From: Rhina ancylostomus
Taxonomy: Eukaryota
Direction: 5' to 3'
Assembly: GCA_030265395.1 (NCBI GenBank)
Contig: JARFYF010000050.1
Span: forward strand, 19,632,403 to 19,696,402
DNA: 64,000 bases
Shown one piece after another: positions 47,841 through 61,555 of the stretch. Numbering within the stretch: the first letter of the stretch is position 1; the number at the start of each line of letters is the position of its first letter. The translations under genes were made by a program, and so were the position numbers. Below the pieces are notes generated by a model, which worked only from the letters and a program-made list of their open reading frames with translations, made no database searches and was not told the DNA's origin.

Positions 47841-50800
47841 ACCCTCACTTGAAACAATGGAGGTTTTACAGTTATAATAAAGGGTGCTTATTCCTCCTCT
47901 AACAACTGGGAAAGAGAGTTCCATTGTGATCTCTTGACTTTTCTCACCCTCCAGCATAAGGTGGCAAACACGTCGGGAATTACCAGGCAAGGTAGGCACA
48001 AAGCTCAGAATGGAGAATGGAAAGTTGCCGAATCCCCCAAGACTCCCAACAATCTGGGAGCTCTGCAAGGCCTCTGGTCATAAAGTTGCCATCTGAATAA
48101 AGAAAATTGTTTCAAAGTCAGATTCAAGCTATTAAGAGATTTAGAATTATTTAATATATACTACAATACTGAGAAAAACANNNNNNNNNNNNNNNNNNNN
48201 NNNNNNNNNNNNNNNNNNNNNNNNNNNNNNNNNNNNNNNNNNNNNNNNNNNNNNNNNNNNNNNNNNNNNNNNNNNNNNNNAGTCCAGGCATGGTCTGTTG
48301 TAGAAAAGTCATTTTTGTCTGAAGATTCATTAATTTTAGATTGTGTTTGTTAAGGAAAGGAGTAAGCAATATTCTTGTCCAAATATTGACATGAATACAC
48401 TAAGTTTGTGTGTTTGTTATGTTGTAACTGCTGCTTTTGTCCTGATTACTCCAAAGTTAATATTAGAAAAGGATTAACAAGATTTAGGAGTGCAGACACG
48501 GTTTATGGAATGTAATTGGACTGTGGAAAATTAAACGCAGTAAAGTCGCACTGCTAAAATCCAAACAGTTATATGAAATTAACCCCTACACACAAACTCC
48601 AGTCCTCCCACCAGATTTCACCAGATCAAGTGTGATAACCTCTGCACGTTGAATGCAGACACGACTGTAATAAACCCGCAGCACAGTACCTCAGAAGATG
48701 GACTTTACATGGGCTCAAGGAATTGATTTAATGATTTCCATACATAAATTTGATTTCCAACAACTTTTTATTCATCAGAGATTGTGTATTACATGGTATA
48801 ATCCCAATGTGTTTGAAATGGTAATAAAAGTTTAAAGATCCATCCCAATTTATAATGCTTTCAGCCCCCTGTTTACTGACATCTTGGCTGGACTTTTAAG
48901 CAAATTACAGTCAGAACATTGCCAGTTACTGATGAAGTTACTTAATATTCTTGCTACTAGCTGTAGACAGAATTGCACCAAATACTGGGCCAAAGGTTTT
49001 TCTCCCTACATTCTGCAGTGTTATGCATCTTGGGACATTTTAACAAAATGCTTGGAAAAATTCAATCCCATTGCTAAACAAAGTCGGAGTGGAATATGTT
49101 CACTTTTCAAGTTGTATATTTATGGAAGTTTCATTTCTTTCAATTTTTCTTTCAATTCTCTTTGCAATTTAGTTTGTAACCAGCTAAAATCAGCAATATT
49201 TGTATGACTGCTGCTGCTGCGAGAGGAAACAGTGACCCTTCTGTCAACACTGGAACGTAAATAAGGTGCCACTGGCAGCACAGATTATCAGCTCAAGACC
49301 TGGCTTCCCTGCTGTCACCATGGGGCAAATATCACAATTCTCAGCTACATCTTACATTGTAGACATAGTAATTCTCAAGCAGCGCAAGTGAAAATACTTG
49401 CTGAGCTGCTCCAAACAGAAAGTTCAGCAATAAATCTGTGGAATTAGCCCTGAATTTTAAATCTCTAACTTAATGCTGAAATTTCATCAAAAACTAATTT
49501 TATCCTACCCCAAGTAACTTCTACCCAGCTTATATCACTTTGTTTTGGAAAAGAAGTTTCACACACCTTTCTCCCATTTTATTTGCTGTTCTATTTTATG
49601 TCTTAGTCATCAGCATTCATGCACAGTTACTTGCCCACAAAACTAAAACATAGGAAAGGAAGTTGTGTAATGGGATTGCAATTATTAGACAGAGGGAAAA
49701 CTATTTCCCATCATTGATGTGAAGGTTGTAAACATTGCTTTTAAATACATTGTTGGAAAGGCTTCAATGCAAAAAACATTACAAAGTGCTTTCTAGATAT
49801 GGACTCTTTTTCACATTGTTCAAGGTCTTGCTTGATATGATATGCATTGTACTCATTGTGCCTGGCTTCTTCAGACAAAATGGTTCAGACAATGCCAAAG
49901 AATAGGAACAAATGCAGGAGTCTCCAATTATCAAAATTTGATCCCTATGGTATTATTAAAAAAGCAAATATTTACACTTGCACTCTGGAAATATCCTTGA
50001 TTAGTGCTGGAAAGTACTAGAATGGTGAGGAGTGAGTGACACTGAAAATTTCAAAAATTGCAAATAGTTTTGTAGACTAAGTGAACACACTACTATCCAT
50101 TTTTTGATTTCTTCACCCTAGTTTTCACCATCTTCTAAAATCAGTCGTTCATGCTGTGTTATAGTTCTACACATCAGCAGTTGTTGGCCATTTTCTGTGT
50201 AATCGTCTTTGAAGGAAGGTTTGGGACAGTAATGGATCACGAATGCCACGAATNNNNNNNNNNAACCTGTCCTCTCCTGACAAACACATCTTTTATGTAT
50301 TTTCTGCTGCAGTGAAAGTAAAACCCTGTCTAACTGCTACGTCTTCTCGTCTTGAGGCACTGAATCCAGTTAGAACACCACACTGCCATCCCGAGTGAGA
50401 TTGGCAAATTCATTGCACATTAGGCATCACACCTGGGTCCTGTCTGACTGGAATGTCCCAGTGAGAACAACAGAGAACTTAAATCCACCTCAAATGCACA
50501 GCTAGAGATAATTATAAGTTTGCTACTATTGACAATACTTCCAAATCATATTTGCCAAGCAATATCCAGTTTACAGCCATAAATTTTTTATCTCTCCATT
50601 TTAAAAGGAACACACTTAAATCTCACTTGAATTAACAGCCACAAACAGACTGCCTGATATTTCGGGTTTAAAAGTAGACTGACAGCCCAGAAAACCAAGG
50701 ATGAACAAGGGCTTGCCCTGGTGTCAGAATTCACTAATTAACACATTCAAACTTCTAGTAAAACCTCTCCACTTTGTCTTTTCGCCTCTAGTCTGCCATG

Positions 50801-53800
50801 CTGCATCTTTGCCAAGTAGTTACTAGCCGCAGTGAGTAAATATCTCATTGTGACAGTCGCTAACATGCTGAACAGTAATGGAGTCAGAACAGAAACAGCC
50901 ACTTTTAATCAAAGCTGTCATCATTTGTTTTTCTCAACACATCGAAAATGCCATCCTCTCCCACACCAGCCCATTACTTATACAGTGCAGCCGCGACTGA
51001 GAGGAAACTCCTTCCGATAATCTGGAACCTCTACAGCTTGCTAGCAAGGGGCAGACACAGATTGGTGGTCTGAAAAATACAATGACCAAGCACTGCAGTT
51101 GCATATGTCTGAATGAATATTACATGAATGACTGGCACTGTGATGCTGTCTCATTTAAGGCCGGGAGTGCTGAAGAGCCTTTTGTGTTTGCCAAAATGTG
51201 AAATTAAAGACAACGCCACATGTACAACCCACCGTCACCATCAGGAGCTTTGTTGTGACTCCTAGGTCCCAACTTCTCTCTTTTGCCTGTTGAGGGACAT
51301 TCAGTAATGCATGCTGTTCATTAATGCTCACAAANNNNNNNNNNNNNNNNNNNNNNNNNNNNNNNNNNNNNNNNNNNNNNNNNNNNNNNNNNNNNNNNNN
51401 NNNNNNNNNNNNNCTGAATGCACTTCAAGCTGCAATAATACTTCTGAATAAAGAATTCTGTTTGAAATTGTAAAGTACACATCTATCATTTTGGCTCAGT
51501 ACCTAAAGGAAGTTTTCAAGCACCAACAGAAAGGGAGATTGCAATGAAACCACTAACTGTTCAACGTGTTGGAGTACTCTAAGCAACTGGTAAGAAATTC
51601 TCAGCCAGATGCTAAAATTGTGGGAGTTTCTTTTTCACAAATTTTTGGTACTTTTCAGTCTTTTATTGAAACCCCTAGATAGAGCAAAATAAATAATGGT
51701 AATTGGCAGCAACATACATGTTAATGCAGTGCTGTGATAGATGCCAACAGCATAAAAGATTAAGCAGAGAAGGTGATTAATTATTCAATTAAATAATAAT
51801 TTACTCCTCTCTAATGAGTTCATACAATAGCATGACTTTTAGTACCAAAGCTGTGGTCAATGTCCAAAAACAGAAAGATACATTAAGTCTCCAATCAAAA
51901 TGTGAATGAAGGAATGACAACTTCAGCACACTAACCTGTAAAATCATTACATGACATACCACAAGAAACTGGAGGGTTCTACCAATTTTCCAGTCAGCAT
52001 GCAATACGGCTGCATAAGCTGCTTTAAAATTGGTCACTGCACAAGCCCATAATCCAGCAACTTTTGTCAATTTAAGAGACAGTGTGTGACTGGAGCAGGA
52101 GAGGTGGGTATTTGTGGTTTACATGTGGTATATTGTTCTCACACAGTCCCAACTTCCACTGGCAGTGGTAAACTGCTGCAATCTGAAAGGTTTTCAATTT
52201 CTCAGCATAGTGGTGCCTGGCACAGTGAGGGATAACAATACTGGGAAAATCACAATAATAGGTATATAGTTGGTTAAATCCTGTCCATTCTAATGCTCTT
52301 CCTCTTGTGGCATGGGTAATTTCTTCCTTATACCTTACGTAGATTAGGGGAAAGAGATTATAATCAAGAAATACCATTTCCTTTACAATTTTCTTCTCCT
52401 GCTGTTCACTGTTCTTGTTTCTACTTGTTTGTTATTTGTTCCTATCTGTTCCTATCATCTCACTGCCTCAGTCCTTCTCTTGTCCCCAAGTGCCCTCAGC
52501 TCAAATTCTGCTTTCAGTAACACAGATCCTATCTACAGGCTTTCCACAGGTCACTCTGTTATCACTGTTAACAGGGATTACATTCTTGCTCAGAGCTCTG
52601 CTGTGATAATGCTCATTTGTACTATTAGGTTACCATTCGGAGACTCTGTGAAATTGCAGCTTGCAGCAGAATCACAATTTCACACTCCAACGTCATGAAG
52701 AAACCAGCAGATAATCGATGCTAAATGAATTATGACATGCATTTTGATTACTTCAGGAAACTGTAAACATTATGGTATAATGTTCTGAAATAGTAGCTGA
52801 CATTATCATATTATATCATGAGCCTAAACAACCGATCAGAAGTTTCTTGCCGTTCACAAAAGGAGCCAAACAAAACCGAGAGGGTCTGTATCCAGACAGC
52901 TTTTGTATTCTCCATTTAAGGAATGTAACAGCAAGTATTCAATTTTCTGGCTTTTTGTTTGACATTGACCCTCGGTTCTTCCCCATTTCTCTCTCCCTTC
53001 TCTCATTTACTCTCATCCTCTCTAACTCGTTCATTGACTGTGTCATGTCCTAAGAGAATCATGCATGTCTTAACTAGAACTCCACGAGATTACCGAATGG
53101 AGCAGTACAGTGCTGATGAATGGTCCAGTCAAGCTGCAGAACCAGGACCCTGCTGGATGCCACACTGAGCAAGAAAATGAGACAGGTATTCAAAAGTGAG
53201 ACACACACCTGCAACCTGGTATCATCGGACCACAATATGTTTGAGGAATGACAGACCTGAAGATCTAGGCATTAGTAATTTTATGATGTGGAGTGAGCAC
53301 AATGGTGAAGCCCAGCCCGAGTTCTTGAATATTTGGACAGGTGAAAGATGTTCCATCTCTTAGTGCAAATTATCCTTGTCAATGCTCGCTATACCAAAAA
53401 TCTAATCCATGCCGCATAGGTTCATTCTACATGGTGCATTGATCTTCAGTTTTTTTCTAATATGCTTGTTATTTGGATCAAAATATAAGGTTTGTACTTG
53501 ACCCAAAAGCAGAACTGTTTTATGACTTGGAGCTGGATACTGGACAGGACACGCACTGCCCATGACTGAAAAATCATTTGCCTCTTCTAAATCATCTATT
53601 GTCAGTTTAGGACATGGACTGTGTCATACAGCGACCCGGACAGTTTTTTTTAAAATGAGTACTATCGCTTTGCAATACTGCAAAAAAAGGAATGATGACA
53701 TCCACAGTTTTATTCCAAATGAAAAATAGAACAACGCCAAAGAGAACCAAACAGACGAGAATTGTGTCACAGTATTTTTCCTGATTTTGAATTTCTTTAC

Positions 53801-56800
53801 TTGACCGGCTATATTTCCTGGATTGTAACATGAAATATCAGTCAGGTTATTTCTCTCTCTGATCTCGGCAAAATAAAGGACCAAAAAGGAACCAGCACAC
53901 TGCATTGAATTTTGTGAAGGAAGAATCTTTACATTACTATCTGGGAAACACTGAGATCCTGAATATTTTGTAGACAGTTATGTCAGTATTCTATTAGCTG
54001 CTTGGTACAACCATCACTTTGTATGGAACTCTAAGGAAGCATCTTTTGCTATAAAAGGCCATGTGGAAGTGCTTGATTACTAATTTTTATTTAGAAAGTT
54101 AAATGAAAGATTTCTTTATACAATATCATTCTTAAAGACCTGACAATTCTCGCACTAAAAATAAAATGTTATGACAATATGCCAGTGAGTACACTGACAA
54201 AAGCACCTTGAGCATATTTAGAAGTTACCAAATCATCTTATTAGGTTATTCTCTCATTAATTACGTATTAAAATCATCACCATATTCCTCTTCAGGCTTT
54301 GACTTTAATGTCCTGATACTGTACAGAGCAGGATAATAATTCTTAGGTTCTTTTTTATTCCTAAATCATTCAATTCAAAAGCCCACTATACAGGTTAGTA
54401 AAGTAAAATAATAACAGCAATAAAATTAAAAAAAAAATGAAAAGTAATGTGCACCAAGCATGAATGTTGACAACCGAAGGGAAAATCTGTTAGATTTCAG
54501 AATAAATTTATTTCTGAATGCCTGTAAAGTTGGAGTTTCATTATTAAAGAATAAAATCCATGGGCAATTTCTACTCCCTGGAGTCAAACACTATTGCATT
54601 TGCAAAATCACATTCAAATTGTATCCATGCACAAAAAATCAATTTTGTTGTTAAACAATGATGGGCAAAATTATAATACAAAAAAAAACTCTTCTGCTGC
54701 ATGCACACACATTCCAGTCACTTTGAAAGCTACAAGTAAAAAATGGATTTCCCATATTTTTTTAAAGTTCAAATGAATTTTATTTTAAATTAGCATCCTC
54801 TGCATCCTAATTCCTACTTTTAAATTGTAATTAAGATGCTAAAAGCTTTGTTTAAACTAATGGCTACAGGTGAGAATGATGGGAACTTTGGGTGCTAGCT
54901 AGATTTAAATTCTGATCACTGTTGGGAAATAGTGTTTGTGGCGAAAAGAGGCCACTGTGCCCGCCTCTGTTCACGCAGTGAGAGCAGGCACTGTATTCAC
55001 TGCGTACCAAGGGAAAGAGGAAAGGCAATGCAGGATTTCCACAGGTGAATTTGTAATGTATGACATGAATAACTCACCACCAGCATACATACATGCACAC
55101 ACACTTGGGCGCGTGCACAGATTCATGTCCCCGCACATAAACACACGCTGTGAGCATCTCCAATTACAACAATAGAAATACCTATCAAAATTTTCAGTTA
55201 TACTATGGAACTCACATCATGATGTCATCCTTCTACATTCCCAGCCGACTACTCTGTGTAAGCAAGATATTCTGGAAGACAAAAACTTTTCATGACAGTC
55301 TCCTTGATACCCTTATCACACACTGCATTAATAATTAAAGCAAAACGCTTGTTCTGCATTTAACCCTAAAACCTGTTGAGGTAGCAACCTGAAAGTGAAA
55401 TACTTCAGGCGAGATACATCTCAATGGGCTTGATGTATATATCAGAGAAGACTGGTATTGTCATATCAAGGTTACAGACAGAGATTGATTTTAAGGTATT
55501 TACAGACTTCATTGAGACACTTACTCCCAAACTAGTTCCTAGTTTTGATATATATTTTTTGACAGTTTGTGCACTGGAAAAATACTAATGATATGGGAGG
55601 TAATACAAACAGATGTACTGAGAGATTATTACTCCAATTTTACATCCAACTTTGAAACTATCCAGGAACTACAATTACTTTACATAGATATTTCTTTAGT
55701 CATATTCCAGCAACATTTTTACAATTATTAGAAACTTTATAATCAAACATTTTAGTTTACTTGAATTATTTACACCACAAATTCTTAGTATCTCTGTAAG
55801 ATGTCTTTCAAGTTTGTGTGCATGAAAACATTTTTGGCATGATTACTGAACCAGTATAACACATTTTACCAATCGTTCCTAAGAGGGTTTTAATTCTTTT
55901 TTGTAAGCAAATTGTATCTGAACAGCAGAGGGTCACAGTTCTGTTGTAAAAGACTGTTACCAACATCAAATATTTTAATTCCTATCCTATCACAATTTTA
56001 TAAAAGCCTTGTTGCCTACAAAAGCCCCTGTGAGTAGGACAGCAGTGAATAAAATATTGTCAATAAAAGACCAGCATGTTTTGGGACAGGTTAAACTTTT
56101 AGCAGGAAATGAAAGAAAAAGGGAAAAGAATTAACCTGTTTCAGTGGGCTGGACCTGCCCTATTGGCCTTTAATTACACAAGAAATTGTGTTGTGAACAG
56201 AGAAGCCACCAGCTCCACTGAATCTCTGCTTAAATGTCTGCAGAAAGCAACCAAGAGCTAATACATTTGATTATACTCACAGACAAGCCAACTACATTAC
56301 ACTAACAGCTGAAAGACAGCAACTCAACACTTTAACAGAGTCCAGAATTGTAAACCAAATTTACATTCCCACAAAAGGTCTAGTATGCAATATTTTCTAA
56401 ATCTCAATAAAGAATATTTTTCAAATCAACAATTTTTAAAAAATGTAGCATTTGTAAGACTGCTCCGCTCAATAGCCCTTGTATTTTTTTTTCCAAAGCA
56501 ACAGATCACTGATCAATCGTGTTCAGGTTAATGGTCATATTCTATCCGTGCAGCAGCTCATTGACAACTTCTAACTGCATTCGGTTTTTACTGCACTGCA
56601 TGCTCTTTTCTCGCAGAAATACAAAGTTTCCTTCAGTGCACACAATATAATATTAACAAGCGTAAACCACATTATGACATCCAGGAGATTTAGCTTTCAA
56701 ACCTGCATATAAATTTTAATGCCAATGAATGGGTTGAAAGCAGGCAACTACCAACATTTAACCCTTTTTCTGTGAACTAATAGTCTGTGTCATTCAACAT

Positions 56801-56887
56801 CTGCAATAAATTGCCAGAGCTAACAGTGGCATTTGAACAAAGCTGAGAGCTACTTAATGTGGAATAACAGTTCTAAGGTGTACCTAC

Positions 56888-57660
56888 CCAGAAATACATC
56901 ATCATTTCGAAACCCAGGATAGTCAGAGTGTCTTCAATGGGAGGGAAACAGCAGGTACACTGCAGCGGCCACCAGAATTTCTTTCACTCTCTCGTGTTCC
57001 CTGGCTCTGACTGAAGGTAGGGTGTTTCTCTTCTTTTTTTCTTCTCTCTCACTCCCTCTCTTTGTCTTTCTTCTCTCAGCAGTATTACACTAGCTGTGAT
57101 CTGCAGCAACCGTCTCCTTTTTTTTCCTCACAGCTGAGCTTGTGTGGTCAGAGTCGATCGTATGGCTCTCGTTTTTTTTTGCTGTCCCTTATTGGTAGAA
57201 CTAAATCATTCAGTTGAAACTGAAATCATATGACAGTTTATAGCAGTTTAAGCCATTCCGGGGTTGTGTAGCTGTTTTTCCAAACTAACAAGAAAGCAAA
57301 AAAAAAGTGAGAGGAGGAATAATTGGGTGGGAAAGGGGGTTGGGGGAAATTATTGTTGCAGTAAAATAAAATGCACACAAATGGAACAGATGAAAATAAA
57401 GAGCACTGGTTAAACTGAGTGGTCCTGTAATCTTTTTACTGCAGTCTCTTTCAAATGATGGGGCTGTGAGTGTCGGTCTTTCCAAACAGCCCAATCAGAA
57501 TGCAGGCACTGTGCTGAAGGCTTTGAGATGAGAGGCTGCACACATGGTCAGCTGGGGTGGAGGCAGCTTTGACCAGCTGGCTTGCTTGCTCCCAGGAACA
57601 CTTAACCTGTGTCAGCACTTTTCACGTCATTCCAGCACAGAAACAGGCCAGCCTTAGAAT
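56888..57660 (-). promoter_or_regulatory. Candidate promoter plus first exon of an unidentified gene (orientation uncertain)
   Basis: TE-free; minus-strand donor TGG|GTAGGT at 56888/56887; GA-rich leader; CCAAT at 57191-57195 (minus) and 57491-57495 (plus); TATAAA on minus at 57237-57242; TGACGT half-CRE and CAGCTG E-boxes at 57540-57630. Confidence 0.35.
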
Positions 57661-59374
57661 TACCCACATGCCTCTACTTGGAACCTTTTATCACAGAAAT
57701 ACATCATGTTTATCAAGCATGGAGGAAACAACACTTTAAATAATTTAGTGCCAAAGCGAGAGAGATCAGGCCGTGCTCAGAAGGATGAGAAGAGAAAGTA
57801 AGATTCTCTCCCTTGCTGCAATTTCCAGTGCAGCTGCACATTTAACTTCACCTCATTCAGCGAGGGGAGGGGGGGGGGGGTTTGTAATTAAACTAAAAAA
57901 AACCCAATTCTTAGAAAATGAATAAANNNNNNNNNNNNNNNNNNNNNNNNNNNNNNNNNNNNNNNNNNNNNNNNNNNNNNNNNNNNNNNNNNNNNNNNNN
58001 NNNNNNNNNNNNNNNNNNNNNNNNNNGGGGGTTTGTAATTAAAGTAAAAAAATCCCATTTCTGAGAAATGGATTAAACCATATTAATGCCACTCAAAGGT
58101 TATTGAAAATGCTAATGTAATTGCATCGACTAAAGCAGCACAATGGTGAGATGCGGGTTACAAAGATTCAAAAGGTTGTATGTGACCGTTGAACACAGAA
58201 CAAATCATGCAGTTCACCAAGTTTGTCCTGTTGGTTGCTACAGCGATTCTTTGCTACCTGGAATGTGACTACAGCAAGCTGGTGATATGACATGCAGATG
58301 AACAAGAAGAAAACTATTCCATTGATGAGAGGCATTTCATTCATTGTTTCATTTCAATTTTCCAGAAACAGCAAGAAAATAAAATCCAAAAGCCTCTCAC
58401 AGGTCTTCTTGTGTGCAGTTTGCAGGAGGTGGTGGGGGTTGGGGTGAAATTAGGGTGGGGGTGTGTGGTGCAGGGTGTGATTGTTATTGTTCCTTTCCTT
58501 ACGGGAATGAGCAATATTTTCTCTGCCAGGAGGGTGTTAATTCACACAAGGGAAAAATAAAAACAATAATTACACGTGTGAATTAGCTCTTGACAGTTGA
58601 CAGCTGCACATGACTCTCTAGAATAAATCGAAAATTTGTACCAAAAGGATTGCAAAGATTGTTTCCTGCAACAGAGCAACTGCCTCATTGGAGTCAGTGC
58701 ATGCACAGCACTTTTGTCAATTGTGCAAACAAAAAATCTAACACACTTCATTCATGTAAAAGTTCTTCAGTGACTCACCATCAACATTTCAACATGTATA
58801 TCCTTCATATGCACAGCAAGATGATCAATTGTTATCAATTGTAAAAAGCACAATATTGTGCCAGAAGAAAAAATATGTTTTTGTTTGGGCTTATTTCAAA
58901 TTTTGAATAATGTAGAAAATATGGATTCCGATCTCCTAGAAACCTGACCTCACATTGACTGCTTCATTGCTAAGATTGACTGTGACTGAACAGTTCCAAT
59001 GGTTTATATGTCTTATAAATTCAATGGCTTGTGTTCTGTTGGGGCCTTTCTGATTGAGCCTAGTTTGTTAATCTTAATACTGCTGACATCTAGCTACACT
59101 AGAAAAAAAATTTCTTCAGTTTCATTTTAGTCCAATTTTCTTCCCTTTTTCCCATAAAAGATTAAGTTTCCCCGAGTGCCTTTTGTCCTTATTGCATTGG
59201 CCAAATATTTATTCTTCTGGTGTGAGTCTTAAGACAGTCGGCAATGGGCCACTTGTTGTTAGTGGCAGTGCATTCATGCTGAACGTGCTCTTATGTTTGG
59301 GGTCTTTAGGGTTGGGTAAAATGCTAGTTTTATCCTATCCTCTTATTTTCCAATAAAATTAATATGAAGTAACC

Positions 59375-59560
59375 ATAGTATCAGTTAGTTAAGAAGGATG
59401 CCATTTGGCCCTTTGACCATACCACTCCCTTGGAGAGTAATCTGTTCAAAAGGATAAATTCCTCCACTCCAAACATGGAAGAAAGCCTGCATCCTTGGAA
59501 CTGTTCCAGGAAATCTCTTCTGCATTGTCTATGGGACGTTCAGACAATTGGACATGCTGT
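59375..59560 (-). mobile_element. Old CR1 3' remnant
   Basis: GAAGGATGCCATTTGGCCCTTTGA tail and GAAATCTCTTCTGCATTGTCT. Confidence 0.5.
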
Positions 59561-60625
59561 CAAAACTGGTGCTCCATCTGATCCTACCTGCTCCCCATGG
59601 GCATGTTAGGTTAAACTGAACCTTCATTGCCTCACTTTCATTATTCATTGGAGTTTATTAATCTCATTTTTTAAAAAAAAAACAGACCTCTTTGAACCAG
59701 TAGTGGTGAGCACCTCAAATTCTTCCAGTTCCAGCAGTGACAGTAATTTGCTGGTGAAAGTGAAGTAGGTGGAAGTCGTGACACTTTAGAAATGTTATAA
59801 GCTTCAGAGAGTACTGTGATCATGTGTTAGCTAAAGTGTTAATTGTTGAAAAGTATCCATATATCTAGACNNNNNNNNNNNNNNNNNNNNNNNNNNNNNN
59901 NNNNNNNNNNNNNNNNNNNNNNNNNNNNNNNNNNNNNNNNNNNNNNNNNNNNNNNNNNNNNNNNNNNNNNATTGTTGAAAAGTATCCATATATCTAGACA
60001 CGAACTAGATTAATCAGTGTGTGACGCAAGTTGATCATCATTTCTGATTTATTTGTGTGGATTATATACCATTCATTAAATGTTTTGCCATCTGTGTCCC
60101 TTGAAAGTCAATTTTATGAAATAATTTGTAATTATTTATCTTTTTCCCCACTTTAAGGCTCAGTGATTTGCTCTTATGAAAGATTTGTACTGGCATTTCT
60201 TTTCATTCAAATAGATTGTAATGCATTCTGAATTCATTGAATATAAAATGTTCTTCGCAGCTTTCCAAATACACACCATATTGAAAGTATTTTTCACTCA
60301 ATATTATGAAGCAGAATTAGGGAATATTTTGCCAGCGTTCAAATAAACCAAAACAGTGTTATTGCATTGCTTTAAAAACAATGGAATAAGCTCTCAAAAT
60401 GCCACTATCACAATAAACTCCAACAGAGTTCAGAGACAAAGTCCAGCAGATCTATTCTGATATTTCCAATCATTCTGAAATAAAACTTCTATTTTGCACT
60501 ATGAACAGATTTTGCCAGCAGTTCATTCTGTACCTGAGTAAACAATGAGGAACCTATCTGCTGGGTAATGTTATTCCTTCCTATTTGAGATGCCCAATAC
60601 TGGCACAGACAGAATCCAGATATAT

Positions 60626-61175
60626 AAAAGTAAAATTCTGCAGCTGCTGGAAGTCTGAAATAAAAACAGAAATGCTGAAAATGCTCTGCATTTCAGGCAG
60701 GATCTGTGGAGAAAGAAGATTTGATATTTCAGGCTAATGACCTTCCATCAGAAATGGGAATATGTTATAAGGCATGAGAAAGGGGAAGAGACGAACCAAA
60801 GGAAAGATCCATGACAAGTTGCAATGCTTTGTCACCTGATTTCACTTGCCTTTCACCTTGTCATGCACCTTCTCTCTCTCTTTCCCCTTTTACTGCATCT
60901 TAAAAAATTGCCTTATTTCTAACTATGGAGGGAAATGGACAGTCGATGTTTTGGGTCGAGACCTTTCATCGGGACTGTTTTCTCTCCATAGGTCCTGCCT
61001 TACCTGCTGAGTTCCTCCAGCTATTTGTGTGTTACTCCAGATTTCCAGCAGCCACAGTCTCTTGGGTCTCCTCTTTATTTCTAACTATTCCCAGTTCATT
61101 GAACTGACACATTAGAAGTTTCTCTCACCACAGCTGCTGCCTGATCTAAGTATTTCCACCATTTCCCCATTTTTA
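60626..61175. mobile_element. Old Penelope-derived inverted element hosting a younger one
   Basis: Left CTGCAGCTGCTGGAAGTCTGAAATAAAAACAGAAATGCTG...CAGGCAGGATCTGTGGAGA; right TCTCACCACAGCTGCTGCCTGA...AGTATTTCCACCATTT. Confidence 0.75.
60927..61074. mobile_element. Young Penelope-derived foldback with target-site duplication
   Basis: GGAGGGAAATGGACAGTCGATGTTTTGGGTCGAGACC is joined to an inverted CCTGCTGAGTTCCTCCAGC...GGTCTC; TTATTTCTAACTAT flanks at 60913-60926 and 61075-61088. Confidence 0.88.
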
Positions 61176-61189
61176 ATCCCAGCTGCCTT

Positions 61190-61555
61190 ATAGCCAGGGG
61201 CAAAGTATAGTTCCAATACCCTCAGCTCATCAGCACAGCTAGTTCAAAGTGATCATTTTTCAGTTCCCATTTCAGGCTCCGCTGTGATCTATCTGAATGT
61301 GAATGACGACTTTCCAGAGTCAGCACTGATCATCAACGTGGCTTAGATTCTGAACCAGGTCCCAGTGCTCAAACTGCAGAATGCCAATGCACAACATCAT
61401 TGCTGCCTCCTTTCACAGTGGTGTCCCTTCTGAACCTGGGGCACTGAGGCCAATTGTAGTACTTCTCTTCCTGAAGTGACATTTTGCTGGGAAACTGAAC
61501 CTGAGATCTTCTGAGAGTGGCTCATTGCTCACCGCATAAACTGAGCACTGGGGAG
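61190..61555 (-). mobile_element. Ancient tRNA-SINE remnant
   Basis: GGCACTGAGGCCAATTGTAGTAC...TGAACCTGAGA resembles GGCACTGAATCCAGTTAGAAC...ACACCTGGGT at 50357-50440. Confidence 0.35.

Noticed and set aside
54974-55008. Small hairpin ACGCAGTGA...TCACTGCGT
   Set aside because: Only a 9-bp perfect stem; too short for a pre-miRNA and expected by chance.
57876-58080. Imperfect ~50-bp direct repeat after a poly-G run
   Set aside because: Flanks a gap; the differences look like low-quality read ends after a G homopolymer.
59842-59999. Exact 29-bp direct repeat ATTGTTGAAAAGTATCCATATATCTAGAC
   Set aside because: The copies directly flank a 100-N gap; this is a typical unmerged contig overlap.
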